From Eledone cirrhosa (Eukaryota): a stretch of DNA of 64,000 bases. A program made the translations under genes and the position numbers. The DNA lies in assembly GCA_964016885.1 (NCBI GenBank), contig OZ024740.1:93310001-93374000 (forward strand), written 5' to 3'. Below the pieces are notes generated by a model that did no database searches, was not told the DNA's origin, and saw only the letters and a program-made list of their open reading frames with translations. Below, one piece after another: positions 42,296-54,809 of the stretch; the first letter of the stretch is position 1, and every line of letters begins with the position of its first letter.

Positions 42296-42726
42296 TTACA
42301 CACACATATAAATATATATATATATATATATATAAATATATATATATATACATTAATATATATATATATATATATATTAATGAATGTTAAAAAAGCAGTT
42401 AGTTGATTTGTAAAAAAGTGATTTTTATATATAATAGGTGCAAAATAATCCATCTCAATGTATAATTTTATCCTGAGGATTATGATAATGATAGTAATAA
42501 ACGAAAGATTTATACTTTTTGTCACCTCTATTTATTTCATTATATATATTTCGAAGATGGTATGTATAACATCAAGCAAAACATGTCTTCCTAAGATATA
42601 ATGCATAGAAAATGTATAAATATTTCATGATGTGCTGGTAGAGAAACGAGCCTGACATATGCTTGGTGGTCACCGATCTGTCTATTATTATTATGATTAT
42701 TATTATATATTATTATTATTATAATT

Positions 42727-45700
42727 GGCGACCTACGTAGGAAATAATATTATCGTGAGCTCCGCAAAGGTTTGTTGTTTTCAGTTGTTTAAAATTGCCA
42801 TTTATGGAACATTTTTATTGTTAACTGTATATAAGTGCACATATATTGTTTTCTGTAAAGGACACTCAAAAAGATTGGGGCCTTGAGCCCAAAAGTTAAA
42901 CTTTTATGATTATCAATACAATTATATCAATACAATATAATTATCAATACAATATAATTATCAAACAAAAGTTTTTTCTTTGAAAAAAATCATGGACGAC
43001 TCAGATTCACACCTTCCTCACAAACTAACACCTCGCACTGACACCACCATTGTAAATATGACTACGTTTGCCAACACTAAAAATATAAGCAGTAGCAATA
43101 TTTTAAATTTGTCTCATGCAGACATTCATTTCCCGCCATTACTAAGGACTGCAGGTGTTGAAGCCGCCACCCCCACCGCCACCACAGCGACAACAGAAAC
43201 AAAATAAATAAATGAATTATCTCGTCACATCGAAATGGATTCACCCAAAATGAAATCTTTCACATCGAACACCATTGACGCCACCACCACCACCACAGCT
43301 GAAACTAAAATTAACAATAACAAAAAATAACGATAACAACAACAGCAACAACAACACTGAGAATAAGAAAACCACCCTGTCATTTGCCAGAGTAGCAAAA
43401 TAGTGCGAAGCAATCCACGTAACTCAGGAGGAATTAGAAGAAGTCAAAATAATGGTAAAGAAAAGATGGGTACATGGTCACACTCCCTCCACACACATCC
43501 TAATAAAATGTAGCATCGGCGCCTATGCACCGTGTCTTATCTTCTGTGAGGGCAGAAAAAACCTACATCAGATGTGGGCAGAACTATGGAACCGTGGACG
43601 TGTTCTTTGGAACACCACAGGAGGCCAGAGAACACTCCATGGCCCCATTAAGAAGTGACGACTTCACACTCGTCCCAAGATATTGTGGCCAGAGACTCGT
43701 GAAGATCAGGGTGACCCACGTTCCACTAGCCATCGAAATTCCCTGGCTAATGGCTGCCGTCCTCGCCGGCATCGACGCCAACCCAAAGATAATCGAAATA
43801 GCGAAAGAAAAGCAGGCGAACTGGTCCGGGTCTGGGATGGAACTCCTGATCCAAGCCGACCAAAAAAGCATTGAGGAAATCCCAGAGGTAATAGACGCCA
43901 CGGACGGCAGCCAACTCACCGTAATCGTCGAGGGCAGAAGGCCTAGGTGTGTCGTCTGTGGTGAAGGAACCCACTTAAGGGCTTTCTTCCCTCAGGCTAA
44001 AAGGTTGAGGCCACCTCTCTTACCCACACCAGTGACTCAACCATCAACACAACCAGCAGCAGAAATGGCAGTAACAACTGTAGCAGCAACAACAGAAGCA
44101 ACTGTAACGGCAACAACCCCAGTAAAAGTAGCAAAACCAACACCACCACCACCCAACGCGCCAGAACTAGCACCAGCGCCTACACTATCCACCATGCCAA
44201 AACCAAAACCAACGCCTGTGGAGGATTTTCCACTCCCCGACTTATCGCAACTGGAAACAGGTTGTGACGACGAGGAGTGGGAAACGGTACCAGGCAAAAT
44301 GAAAAAAAGAAAAAGAAACCAAAAAAGAAAAAAATCCACTTCCTTCCCCCTCCAAAAACAAAATACAGAGGGAAACAGATAAACTATCAAACAAAAATGT
44401 TAGGACAGCTATGCCACCATCCACACCAGCATCACCAACCCCATTACCACAAACACCATCACCATCATTAACCCCAACACCACCATCCCCAACACCACAT
44501 AAGTCACCAAAGAGCTAAACAGAAATAAACCCACAACAAACGTATACAAAACAAAACCACCAAAAAGATACACAATATACAGCATTACATTCGAACAACA
44601 TCCAATAATGGCACTGCATCCAAAACAACACCAGCATCACAGAAAAAGACTACGCAACAACCCACAAGTTCACACCACCTCCACACATACAAATCACACA
44701 CATCACACAGTAAACGTACACGACACTAAATCAAAAATTCCCCAAATACATCGGAGATTTCCGACAAACACTCTCCAGGCGGATTTATAAGGACATCCTT
44801 CTGGAGGAGGCCATAAGCAGTGAAAGGGATGGAGAAACCATCCTTCTTCTACGAGAAGTAATGTAAGAAGTATTTCCCATCCTTTCCACTCCATTTCAAC
44901 ATGACATCACTCATAATAGGCAGCATAAATGCGCGTGGCTTGGGGTCGTCATGGAAGCAGGGCCACCTGCTCAACGACCTCAGGTCACTAAACATAGATG
45001 TAATGGCCATCAGCGAGACCAGAATATCCGCTCAGGCGTTTTGAACTGTCTGACAGGTACCGATTGGATTTCCCGAACGTGCCAATGTGGACTTTGACAA
45101 ATCGCATAGTGTCATCCAGATCATATCTAGATAGAGTATTTTGTAGGGAAATAGATATGTCTAACATAGGCTGTCCACAATTCAAGATAGTCAGCTACAC
45201 GGACCACACATTCGTGATATGTGTGCTTGACTTAAATAGGCTTCATAAACGAGGAGCCGGCTACTGGAAGCTAAACGCGTCCTTACCAGCGCGCAAAGCC
45301 TACAGAGACCGGATTAACGAACTAGTTAAGCGGGCGTTGACGGGAGCCATCGTCAACAACAAGTGGTGGTTTGCTCTGAAAAGAGCGATTAGAATAGAGT
45401 CCCTTAGGTTTAAAAAGGCTTTGGCAATAGAGAACAATAGAGAGCAGAGGGAGAATTAGTTAGAAAATTAGACGAGGCGCTTAGCAAAGGCATCGGGACC
45501 GACGTACTTGCGGCGAAATTGGCCCTTGACCAATTCTTCAATGCAAATCACGAAGGCTGCGCTGTCAGAGCTAGTGTGCGCGCTCTCAGACACGAGAGGA
45601 CGAAAGCCGTTCAATGGGCACGAGTGGCGGAGGCGGCTCATGACAACAAATCCACGATCCGGTCTTTGGTGGACCACGACGGACGCATGCTACTCGATCC

Positions 45701-48190
45701 CGGGCAAATGTGTGAGGCTTTTCAGCGACACTTCGCACAGCTGTTCCGGAGCAGCGGCGGGACGCATCGAGGGATGGACTTTAGTGTCTACCTCGACGGA
45801 CTGCCGCGGCATTCGACCAATGAGGCGGAGTGCTGCCCAAATCCGATAACAGCCGCTGAAATACGGGAGGCAATAATTGGCCGCACAAGGGGTAAATCGC
45901 CTGGTTTGGATGGTCTGCCCTATAAACTTTACTTAGAAATGCCAGACTTGTACGGTGGCCTCTTGGTGGATGTCTACTGCAACTGGCAACAGAACGGGAG
46001 AATTCCCAGCTCTGTGAGCCGTAGAGCGGTGGCGCTGCTGAGAAACGATCCGAAAATGAGGGATAACATAGATAATTTTAGGCCTATAACTCTGCTAAAC
46101 ACAGAATTCAAGATTTTGGCCAAGGTGCTAGCAAAGAGGTTGGCGCTTGTTGTTGTTGGTCTGGTGGGATTGGCGCAGACGTGCGCCATTCCCGACAGAT
46201 CCATCCACGAAAACCTCCACCTCATGTGATACATCGTAGAGAGTGTAGCTAGGGAATCTGGCACGGATCGGTCCTAGATCAATTTAGATCAGTCGAAAGC
46301 TTTCGATAGGGTCAACATCGTTACCTAGCGGCAGTCCTGAGCGCGGCTGGCTGTGTGACCGTCTTCAGAGGCTGGATCGCTGCCATGCACAGCAACATCT
46401 GCTCTGTGGTGAGAGTTAACGGTCACCTTTTGGAACCGTTCAACATCATGCGCTCGGTCCGCCAGGATGTCCCCTCTCGTCCCTCTAGTACGTATTGACT
46501 GTCGAGCCATTACTGCACGAACTGGAGACGTTGAGGGGGTCCAGCGCGAACTAGGATGCGGAAGATCCGTGTCAGCATATACGGACCATGTCGCCGTAGT
46601 GGTGTCGAACGCCAAACACATCGAGGCGATCGGCACTACACTAAAAGAATACGAAGCGGTGACAGGAGCAATGATCAACCAGGAAAAGTCAGTGGGCCTG
46701 CAGCTCGGCACCTGGGGAGGCAAGTCCATGCCGCACAACAACGTCGTCGGGCAATGGACGGACGGACCAGTTAAATTGTTCGGGGTCTGGTTCGGTCCGG
46801 ATCTCCAGACGGACACAAACTGGGACGAGGTGACGAGCAGGGTGGCTTCTCTCACCCAGAAATGGGCTGAGAGGAAGCTATCCCTGAAAGGTCGAGCAGA
46901 GGGGGCTAAACGCGTATTACGCGTCCGTCATCTACTACCGCCTGACCGTCGTACCTTGTCCTAAGCTCCGCCTGACTGCGCTGGAGCGTTTGCTCTTTCG
47001 CTTTTTTGTGGAAGGAACGCGCTCCGATGGTCAGGCAATCCATCTGCTGTCAACACCCGCTACGTGGAGGGCTGGGAATGCCGTGGCTGACGATGCGCAG
47101 ACACGCGCTCAGGCTACGACATCTCCACCTCTTCCTCAACGGTGATCAGGTGTGGTCTCTGTTTGCTAGACGCGTCTTTCCCCAGCTCGTCTCCTTGACG
47201 GAGCTGCAGGCCTGGGTCAAGCGAAGACCGAGAGAGAGCGCTTGGAGACTGGAATGTCTTCAGGCGCTCACAGCCCTCGACCAATCGGGCAATGTGATCG
47301 GTGGAAACTCTACCTTGGCGTTTAATAGAGGATTAGTCGAGGGGAAGAGCGAGGACGTACTTGGGGAAAACTCTAGGCGTCGACGAAAATCAACTAGACA
47401 ATCTCTTGGGAAGAACTTTCGGGCCGGGGCCTATGGACAACTTCCAGAAATCCCTGGCCTGGCAGTGCTACTGAGGAGCTTTGCCAGTTCGGGATAAACT
47501 CTACAGGCATGCAGGTGCCGTAAGCCGGGCATGTCCGAGATGCGCGCAGGGCGAAGAAACCGTCCTGCACACACTTGTCCAGTGTCCGAGCCTTGCTGTC
47601 TTGTGGGTTTATGTCGAACACCTGCTGTCGCGTGTGGGACGGATCCAGCTATCAGCTGAGTCCATCGTGAGGATTGCCCCGCACTCTTCCTTTAGCCGGG
47701 AAAGGCAGGCAGTTGTTATCTGTCTGGTGGCCATGGCGAAAGAGATAGTATGGTGGATACGTTTGAAAGGGCTGAAGACGAGCACGTACCTCTTCGGTGA
47801 TGCCCTGATTATCTTTTTCAAATTTCATTTGAAAAGGATAGAAAGGTAAGTGCTCTCTTCCCAGCATTTTGTTGAAAGATGGGTGAGAGAGGCAAGAATG
47901 TCCCGAGTGAATGGGCCTACACTGAGTATGCGTATGTAAATAAAAGGTGGAAAACTGGGAGAGGGCACTTGCCCTGGTTGTCAGGGTCACTGTGGCTTTT
48001 CAATGGGCTTTCTCCACCAATGTCCCCCGGACATCTCCCCCCTATTGGGGAATTTTTTCATTGTTCTATTATTATATCCTCTGTTTCTTGTTTTTTTTTA
48101 CACGCATAAATGCCCATTTGTACAGCCCTGTATTGTGCTGTACTGTGCTTAATGTCTACTTTATGTAAACCCTTGGTGTTAATAAAGAAA

Positions 48191-48193
<3 letters not shown>
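42727..48193 (+). mobile_element. Tx1/L1-clade LINE copy 1 (both ends present, internally deleted, decayed)
   Basis: 5' GGCGACCTACGTAG after (ATT)n; ORF1 remnant about 42992-44865; ORF2 remnant about 44901-47940 (SYLDRVF, YTDH, GKSPGLDGLP, NFRPITLLN, CPRC); 3' AATAAAGAAATC(ATT)n. About 380 bp is missing at about 45035 relative to copy 2. Confidence 0.9.
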
Positions 48194-48236
<43 letters not shown>

Positions 48237-48248
48237 TACTATTATTAC

Positions 48249-48836
48249 TCTTTGTGTCTCAGTCATTGATGTTAGTTAACTGGAAAGTTTGTTGAAATTA
48301 ATATCAAGCCACTACCTGCAGCCTCAGATATTCAGGACGTATCGGAGGGTTCTTTCTGTTCCCAGCAAGCATGCCTTTTGAAGCGTTCCAAAAAGCGTGA
48401 AAGGGCCAATTTTCTTTAAACATCCCTGGAAACTCATGAGATAGTACCTGGTGAGCCTATGACAATCGGGACCACTTTGGCTTCATGGCAGTTCCAAATT
48501 CTTTTTACCTCCCACTTTAAGTCCTGGTATCGGTTAATTTTCTCCCTCAACTTCTCTTGGACTCTCGTGTCGAATAGGCAGGCCACATCCACAATCAGGC
48601 ACGATCTGTTTTATTTGTCCAAAACCACCAGGTCAGGTCTATTGTGTTCCAGTTTCTTGTCCGTCTGTATCCTAAAATCTCACAGCACCTTCACCTGATC
48701 GTTTTCTATCACCGCCTCTGGCTTATGCTCATACCACTTCTCAGAATGTGGTAAATTGTTTACTTTGCACAGGTGCCAGTGGATCACCCTGCCCATCACA
48801 TCATGTCTCCAGCCCTTATATTGAGTCTGGGCTAGG

Positions 48837-48838
<2 letters not shown>
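48249..48838 (-). mobile_element. R4/Dong-type (restriction-like endonuclease) LINE, 5'-truncated 3' fragment
   Basis: Minus strand: HLAQTQYKGWRHDVMGRVIHWHLCK..KWYEHKPEAVIENDQVKVL*DFRIQTDKKLEHNRPDLVVLDK..IVDVAC..EKINRYQDLK..VVPIVIGS..LQKACLLGT; (TAA)n on both sides. Confidence 0.88.
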
Positions 48839-48867
<29 letters not shown>

Positions 48868-49075
48868 GGCGATCTACGTAGTAATTCGTATCATTGTGAG
48901 CTCCGCAAAGGTTTGTTATTTCCGTTTGTTAAAAATTGTCATTTATGGAAAATTTTATTGTTAACTGTTTATAAGCGCACATACATTGTTTTCCGAAAAG
49001 GACACCCAAAAAGATTGGGGCCTTGTGCCCAATATTTAAACCTTTATTATTATCAAAATTTCTTTGAAAAAGAAT

Positions 49076-51059
49076 GGCTAATTCACCTCTGCACCAAGCA
49101 GCTGTAAGCCTTCCTCACAAATAAACACCTCACATCGACACCACCATTGTAAATGTTCCTACATTTGCCAACACAAAAAAAAATATAAGCAGTAGCAATA
49201 TTTTAAATTTGTCTCAGGCAGACATTCATTTCCCGCCATTACCAATGACTGCAGGTGTTAAAGCCTCCACCACCACCACCACCACCGCGACAACCACCAC
49301 CACCACCACCACCGCGGCAACAGAAACAAAAGAAGAAAAAAATAAATTAACTCGTGATGTCGAAATAAAATTAAGCAAAATGGACTCTTCCCCACCAAAG
49401 ACGACTGACGTCACCACAAACACAACTGAAACTAAAATTAATATTAACACAAATAACGATAGCAACAACAACAACAATGACATTATAAAACCGACCCTCA
49501 GTTTCGCCATAGTGGCAAAACAATTCGAAGCATTCACGGTATCTCAAGAGGATTTAGAAAATGCCAAACAAATGGTAAAGAAAGATGGGTACAGGGTCAG
49601 CCTCAACCCCCCACCTAATAAAATGGAGCATCGACGCCTATGCACCGTGTCGTATAGAACAATAAATGTAAAATCGCGCCGAGTGGAACGGGCATCCGAG
49701 TCCCAAATCCAAAAAGCTTTGGGACATGTGTGGGCAAGAAAAACCCACATCAGACGTGGGAAAAAGTATGGAACCGTGGACGTGTCCTTTGAAACACCAG
49801 AGGAGGCTAGAGAACACTCCATGGCCCCATTAAGAACAGACGACTTCACACTCGTCCCAAGCTATTGTGGCCAGAGACTCGTAAAAATCAGGGTGACCCA
49901 CGTTCCACCGGCCATCGAAATTCCCTGGCTAATAGCGGCTGTCCTCGCCGGCATCGAAGCCAACACGAAAATAATAGCAATAGCAAAAGAAAAGCAGGAG
50001 AACTGGTCCGGATCTGGGATGGAGCTCCTGATCCAAGCGGACCAACAAAGCATTGAGGAGATCCCAGAGGTAATAGACCTCACTGACGGCAGCCACCTCA
50101 CGGTAATTGTCGAGGGCAGAAGACCTAGGTGTGTCGTGTGTGGTGAAGGAACCCACCTAAGGGCTTTCTGCCTTCAGGCTAAAACTGGTGAGGCCACCTC
50201 TCCTACCCACCCCAGTGACACCACCAGTAGCAGAGATGGCAGCAACAACTGTAGCAGCAACAACAGAAGCAACTATAACAGCAACAACGCCAGCAACAGT
50301 AGCAAAACCAACACCACCACCACCACCAGCAAAATCAACACCACCACCACCCAACGCTTCAGAACTAGCACCAGCGCCTACACCATCCACCACGCCACAA
50401 CCAAAACTAACAGCTGTGGAAGATTTTCCACTCCCCGGCCTATCACAACTGGAGACAGATTGTGACGACGATGGGTGGGAAACGATATCCGGAAAAAAAA
50501 AAGAAACCAAAAAAGAAAAAATTATCTTCCTTCCCCCTCCAAAAACAAAATACAGAGGGAAACAAATAAATTAAGAAACAAAAAAGTTAGGACAGATATG
50601 CCACCATCCACACCAGCATCACCAACCCCATCAACCCAAACACCAACACCATCACCATCATTAACCCCAACACCACCATCACCTACACCACAAAAGTCAC
50701 CAAAATGAGAAACAGAAACAAACCCACAACAAACGCAAACAAAACAAAACAACCAAAACGATACACACTACACAGCATTAAATTTGAACAACAAGCAATT
50801 ATTACACTACATCCAACACAACACCAGCATCACAGAATAAGACTACACAACAACCCCAAAATGCACACCACCTCCACACATACAAATCACTCGCATCACA
50901 CAGAAAACGTACATGACCCTAAAACAAAAATTCACCAAAGACATCGGAGACTTCCGACAAGCACTCTCCAGGAGGATTTATAAGGACATCCTTCCTGAGG
51001 AGGCCACAAGCAGTGAAAAGGATGGAAAAACCGTCCTTCCACTACGAGAAGTAAGGTAA
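49076..51059 (+). pseudogene. ORF1 (nucleic-acid-binding, CCHC zinc knuckle, Pro/Thr-rich linker), disrupted
   Basis: ORF 49209-50465 with CVVCGEGTHLRAFC; continues through frameshifts (50188-50574, 50475-50708) to ..RIYKDILPEEATSSEKDGKTVLPLREVR*. Confidence 0.75.
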
Positions 51060-51093
51060 GTGGTCTTTCCCATCTTTTCCACTCCTTTTCAAC

Positions 51094-54000
51094 ATGACCT
51101 CACTCAGAATAGGCAGCATAAATGCGCGTGGCTTGGGGTCGTGATGGAAGCAGGGCCACCTGCTCAACGAACTCAGGTCACTAAACATAGATGTAGTGAC
51201 AATCAGCGAGACCAGAATCTCCGAAGCACAGGCTTTCGCACCGATCTTCGGCGGCTATGATGTGTACGCATACCCAGCCGTCCGGGATCGGGGGGAGGAG
51301 TTGCTGTGCTTTTTCGGAGAGGTTTGGATCTTACCATACGGGCCATCTTCCTGGACCCAGAAGGTAAGTTGGTGGTGCTGGACGTGACCAGCGGAGACAG
51401 CCAAGCTTTCAGGTTAGTGGCCGTCTATGCCACGACAGGAGCAGGGCGGCCTGATTTCTTCCGGCGTCTGGTGACCTTTCTTGGAACGTCCCGCTCTTTA
51501 GTGATAGTGGGCGACTGGAACGGGATCTTAGATGCACGCTGGGATTGTGTGGGATTAGTGGATAGGGAAGGAGGGTGCACGAGCCTCACCAACTTGCTCA
51601 CACGTTTTGAACTGTCTGACAGGTACCGAATGGATTTCCCGAATGTACCAATGTGGACTTGGACAAATCGCATAGGGTCATCCAGATCATATCTAGATAG
51701 AGTATTTTGTAGGGAAATAGATAGGTCTAGCATAGGCTGTCCACAATTCAAGATCGTCAGCTACACGGACCACAAATTCGTGATCTGTGTGCTTGACTTA
51801 GATAGGCTTCATAGACGAGGACCCGGCTACTGGAAGCTAAACGCGTCCTTACCAGCGTGCAAGGCCTACAGAGACCGGATTAGCGAACTAGTTAAGCGGG
51901 CGTTGACGGGGGCCATCGTCGACAACAAGTGGTGGTTTGCTCTGAAAAGAGCAATTAGAATAGAGTCCATTAGGTTTAGTAAGACTTTAGCAATAGAGAA
52001 ACATAGAGCAGAGGGAGAATTAGCTAGAAAATTAGATGAGGCGCTTAGCAAAGGCATCGCGACCGACGTACTTGCGGCGAAATTGGCCCTTGACCAATTC
52101 TTCAATGCAAAGCACGAATGCTGCGTTGTCAGAACTAGGGTGCGTGCTCTCAGACACGAGGGGACGAAAGCCGTTCAATGGGCCCGAGTGGCGGAGGCGC
52201 GTCGTGGCAACAAAGCCACGATCCAGTCTTTGGTGGACCACGACGGGCGCATGCTACTCGATCCCGGGCAAATGTGTGAAGCTTTTCAGCGACACTTCGC
52301 TCAATTGTTCGAGGGCAGTGGCGTCCGGATCGAGGGATGGACTTTAGTGTCTACCTCGACGGACTGCCGCGGCTTTCGTCCACTGAGGCGGAGTGTTGCG
52401 ACAAGCCGATAACAAACGCTGAAGTACGGGATGCAATGATTAGTTGCACAAGGGGTAAATCGCCTGGTTTGGATGGTCTGCCTTATGAACTTTACGTACA
52501 AATGCCAAACTTGTTCGGAGGCCTCTTGGCGGACGTCTACTGCAACTGGCAACAGAACGGGAGAAGTCCCAGCTCTGTGAGCCGAGGAGCGGTGGCGCTT
52601 CAGAGAAAGGATCCGAACAAGGGGGATAACATAGATAATTTTAGGCCCATAACTCTGAAAAACACAGAGTTCAAGACTTTGGCCAAGGTGCTAGCAAAGA
52701 GGTTGGCGCTTGTCGTTGGTGGTCTGGTGGGAGAGGCACAGACATGCGCCGTTCCCGGAAGATCCATCCACGACAACCTCCACCTCATGCGATACATCGT
52801 AGAGAGGGTAGCTAGGGAACCTGGCACGGGTGAGTCTTTGATCAATTTAGATCAGTCGAAAGCCTTCGATAGGGTCGACCGTCGTTACGTAGCGGCAGTC
52901 CTGAGGGCGGCTGGCATTGGGCCCGTCTTCAGAGGCTGGATCGCTGCCATGCACAGCGACATCTGCTCTGTAGTGAGAGTGAACGGTCACCTTTCGGAAC
53001 CGTTCAACATCATGCGCTCGGTCCGCCACGGATGTCCCCTCTCGTCCCTATTGTACGTATTGACTCTCGAGCCATTACTGCACAAACTGGAGACGTTGAG
53101 GGGGGTCCCGCGCGAACTAGGATGCGGAAGATCCGTGTCAGCATATGCGGACGATGTCACCGTAGTGGTGTCGAACGCCAAACACATCGAGGCGATCGGC
53201 ACTACACTAAGAGAATACGAAGCGGTGACAGGAGCAATGATCAACCAGGAAAAGTCAGTGGGCCTACAGCTCGGCACCTGGAGAGGCAGGTTCATGCCGT
53301 CCAACAGTGTCGTCGGTCGCTGGACGGACGGACGGACGGTTAAATTGCTAGTGGCCTGGTTCGGTCCAGACCTCCAGACGGACAAAAACTGGGACGAGGT
53401 GACGAGCAAGGTGGCTTCTCTCGCCCAGAAATGGGCCGAGAGGAAGCTATCCCTGAAAGGTAGAGCGGGGGTGGCGAATGCGTACATCGCGTCCGTCATC
53501 TACTACCGCCTGACCGTCGTACCTTGTCCTAAGCCCCGCCTGACTGCGCTGGAGCGTTTGCTCTTTCGCTTCTTGTGGAAGGGACGCGCTCCGATGGTTA
53601 GGCGGTCCATCTGCTGTCAACACCCGCTACGTGGAGGGCTGGGCTTGCCGTGGCTGATGATGCGCAGACACGCGCTCAGGCTACGACATCTCCACCTCTT
53701 CCTCGACGGTGATCAGGTGTGGTCGCCGTTTGCTAGACACGTTTTTCCCCAGCTCGTCTCCTTGACGGAGCTGCAGTCCTGGGTCAAGCGAAGACCGAAA
53801 GGGAGCGCTTGGAGACTGGAATGTCTTCAGGCGCTCACAGCCCTCGACCAATCGGGCAAGAGATCGGTGGAAACTCCACCTTGGCGTTCTATAGGGGATT
53901 AGTGTGGGGGAAGAGCGACGACGTACTTGGAGAAACTCTAGGCGTCGACGAAAATCAACTAGCCAATCTCTTCGGAAGGACTTTCGGGCCGGGGCCTATG

Positions 54001-54513
54001 GACAACTTCCAGAAATCCCTGGCCTGGCAGTGCTACCGAGGAGCTTTGCCAGTTTGGGATAAACTCTACAGGCATGGAGGTGACGTCAGCTGGGCATGTC
54101 CGAGATGCGCGCAGGGCGACGAAACCGTCCTGCACGCACTCGTCCAGTGTCCGAGCATTGCTGACTTGTGGGTTTATGTCGAACACCTGCTGTCACGTGT
54201 AGGACGGATCCCGCTATCAGCTGAGTCCATCGTGAGGATTGCCCCGCCCTCCTCTTTTAGCCGGGAAGGGCAGGCAGTTTTTATCTGTCTGGTGGCCATG
54301 GCGAAAGAGATAGTATGGTGGACACGTTTGAAAGGGCTGAAGACGAGCACTTACCTCTTCGGTGATGCCCTGATTAACTTTTTCAAATTTCATTTGAAAA
54401 GGAAAATCAGGGTAGAGAGGGAAGTGCTCTCTTCCCAGCATTTTGTTGAAAGATGGCTGAGAGAAGCAAGTATGGCCCGAATGAATGGGCCTTCTCTGAG
54501 TATGTGTCTGTAA
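51094..54513 (+). pseudogene. ORF2: APE endonuclease + reverse transcriptase + C-terminal zinc-binding motif; one stop and about three frameshifts
   Basis: MTSLRIGSINARGL, ISETR, LVAVYA, GDWN, SYLDRVF, YTDH, NLDQSKAFDRVD, VRHGCPLS, AYADDV, CPRC..ETVLHALVQC. Confidence 0.92.
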
Positions 54514-54755
54514 ATTAAAGGTGGAAAACTGGGAGAGGGAACTTGCCCTGGTGGTCAGAGCCACTGTGGTCTTGTAATGGGCTTTCTCCACAAATGTCCC
54601 TCGGAAGTCTCCCCCTATTGGGGAATTTTTCTTTGTTATTTTATTTCAACCTCTGTTTTTTTTACACGCAGAAATGCCCATTTGTACCGCCCTGTATTGT
54701 CCTGTACTGTCCTTAATGTCTACTTTATGTAAACCCTTGTGGTTAATAAAGAAAA

Positions 54756-54809
<54 letters not shown>

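Larger units (their letters stand above)
48868..54756 (+). mobile_element. Tx1/L1-clade LINE copy 2 (full length, about 5.9 kb, few lesions)
   Basis: 5' GGCGATCTACGTAG after (ATT)n; ORF1 + ORF2; 3' AATAAAGAAAAC(ATT)n. Confidence 0.93.
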
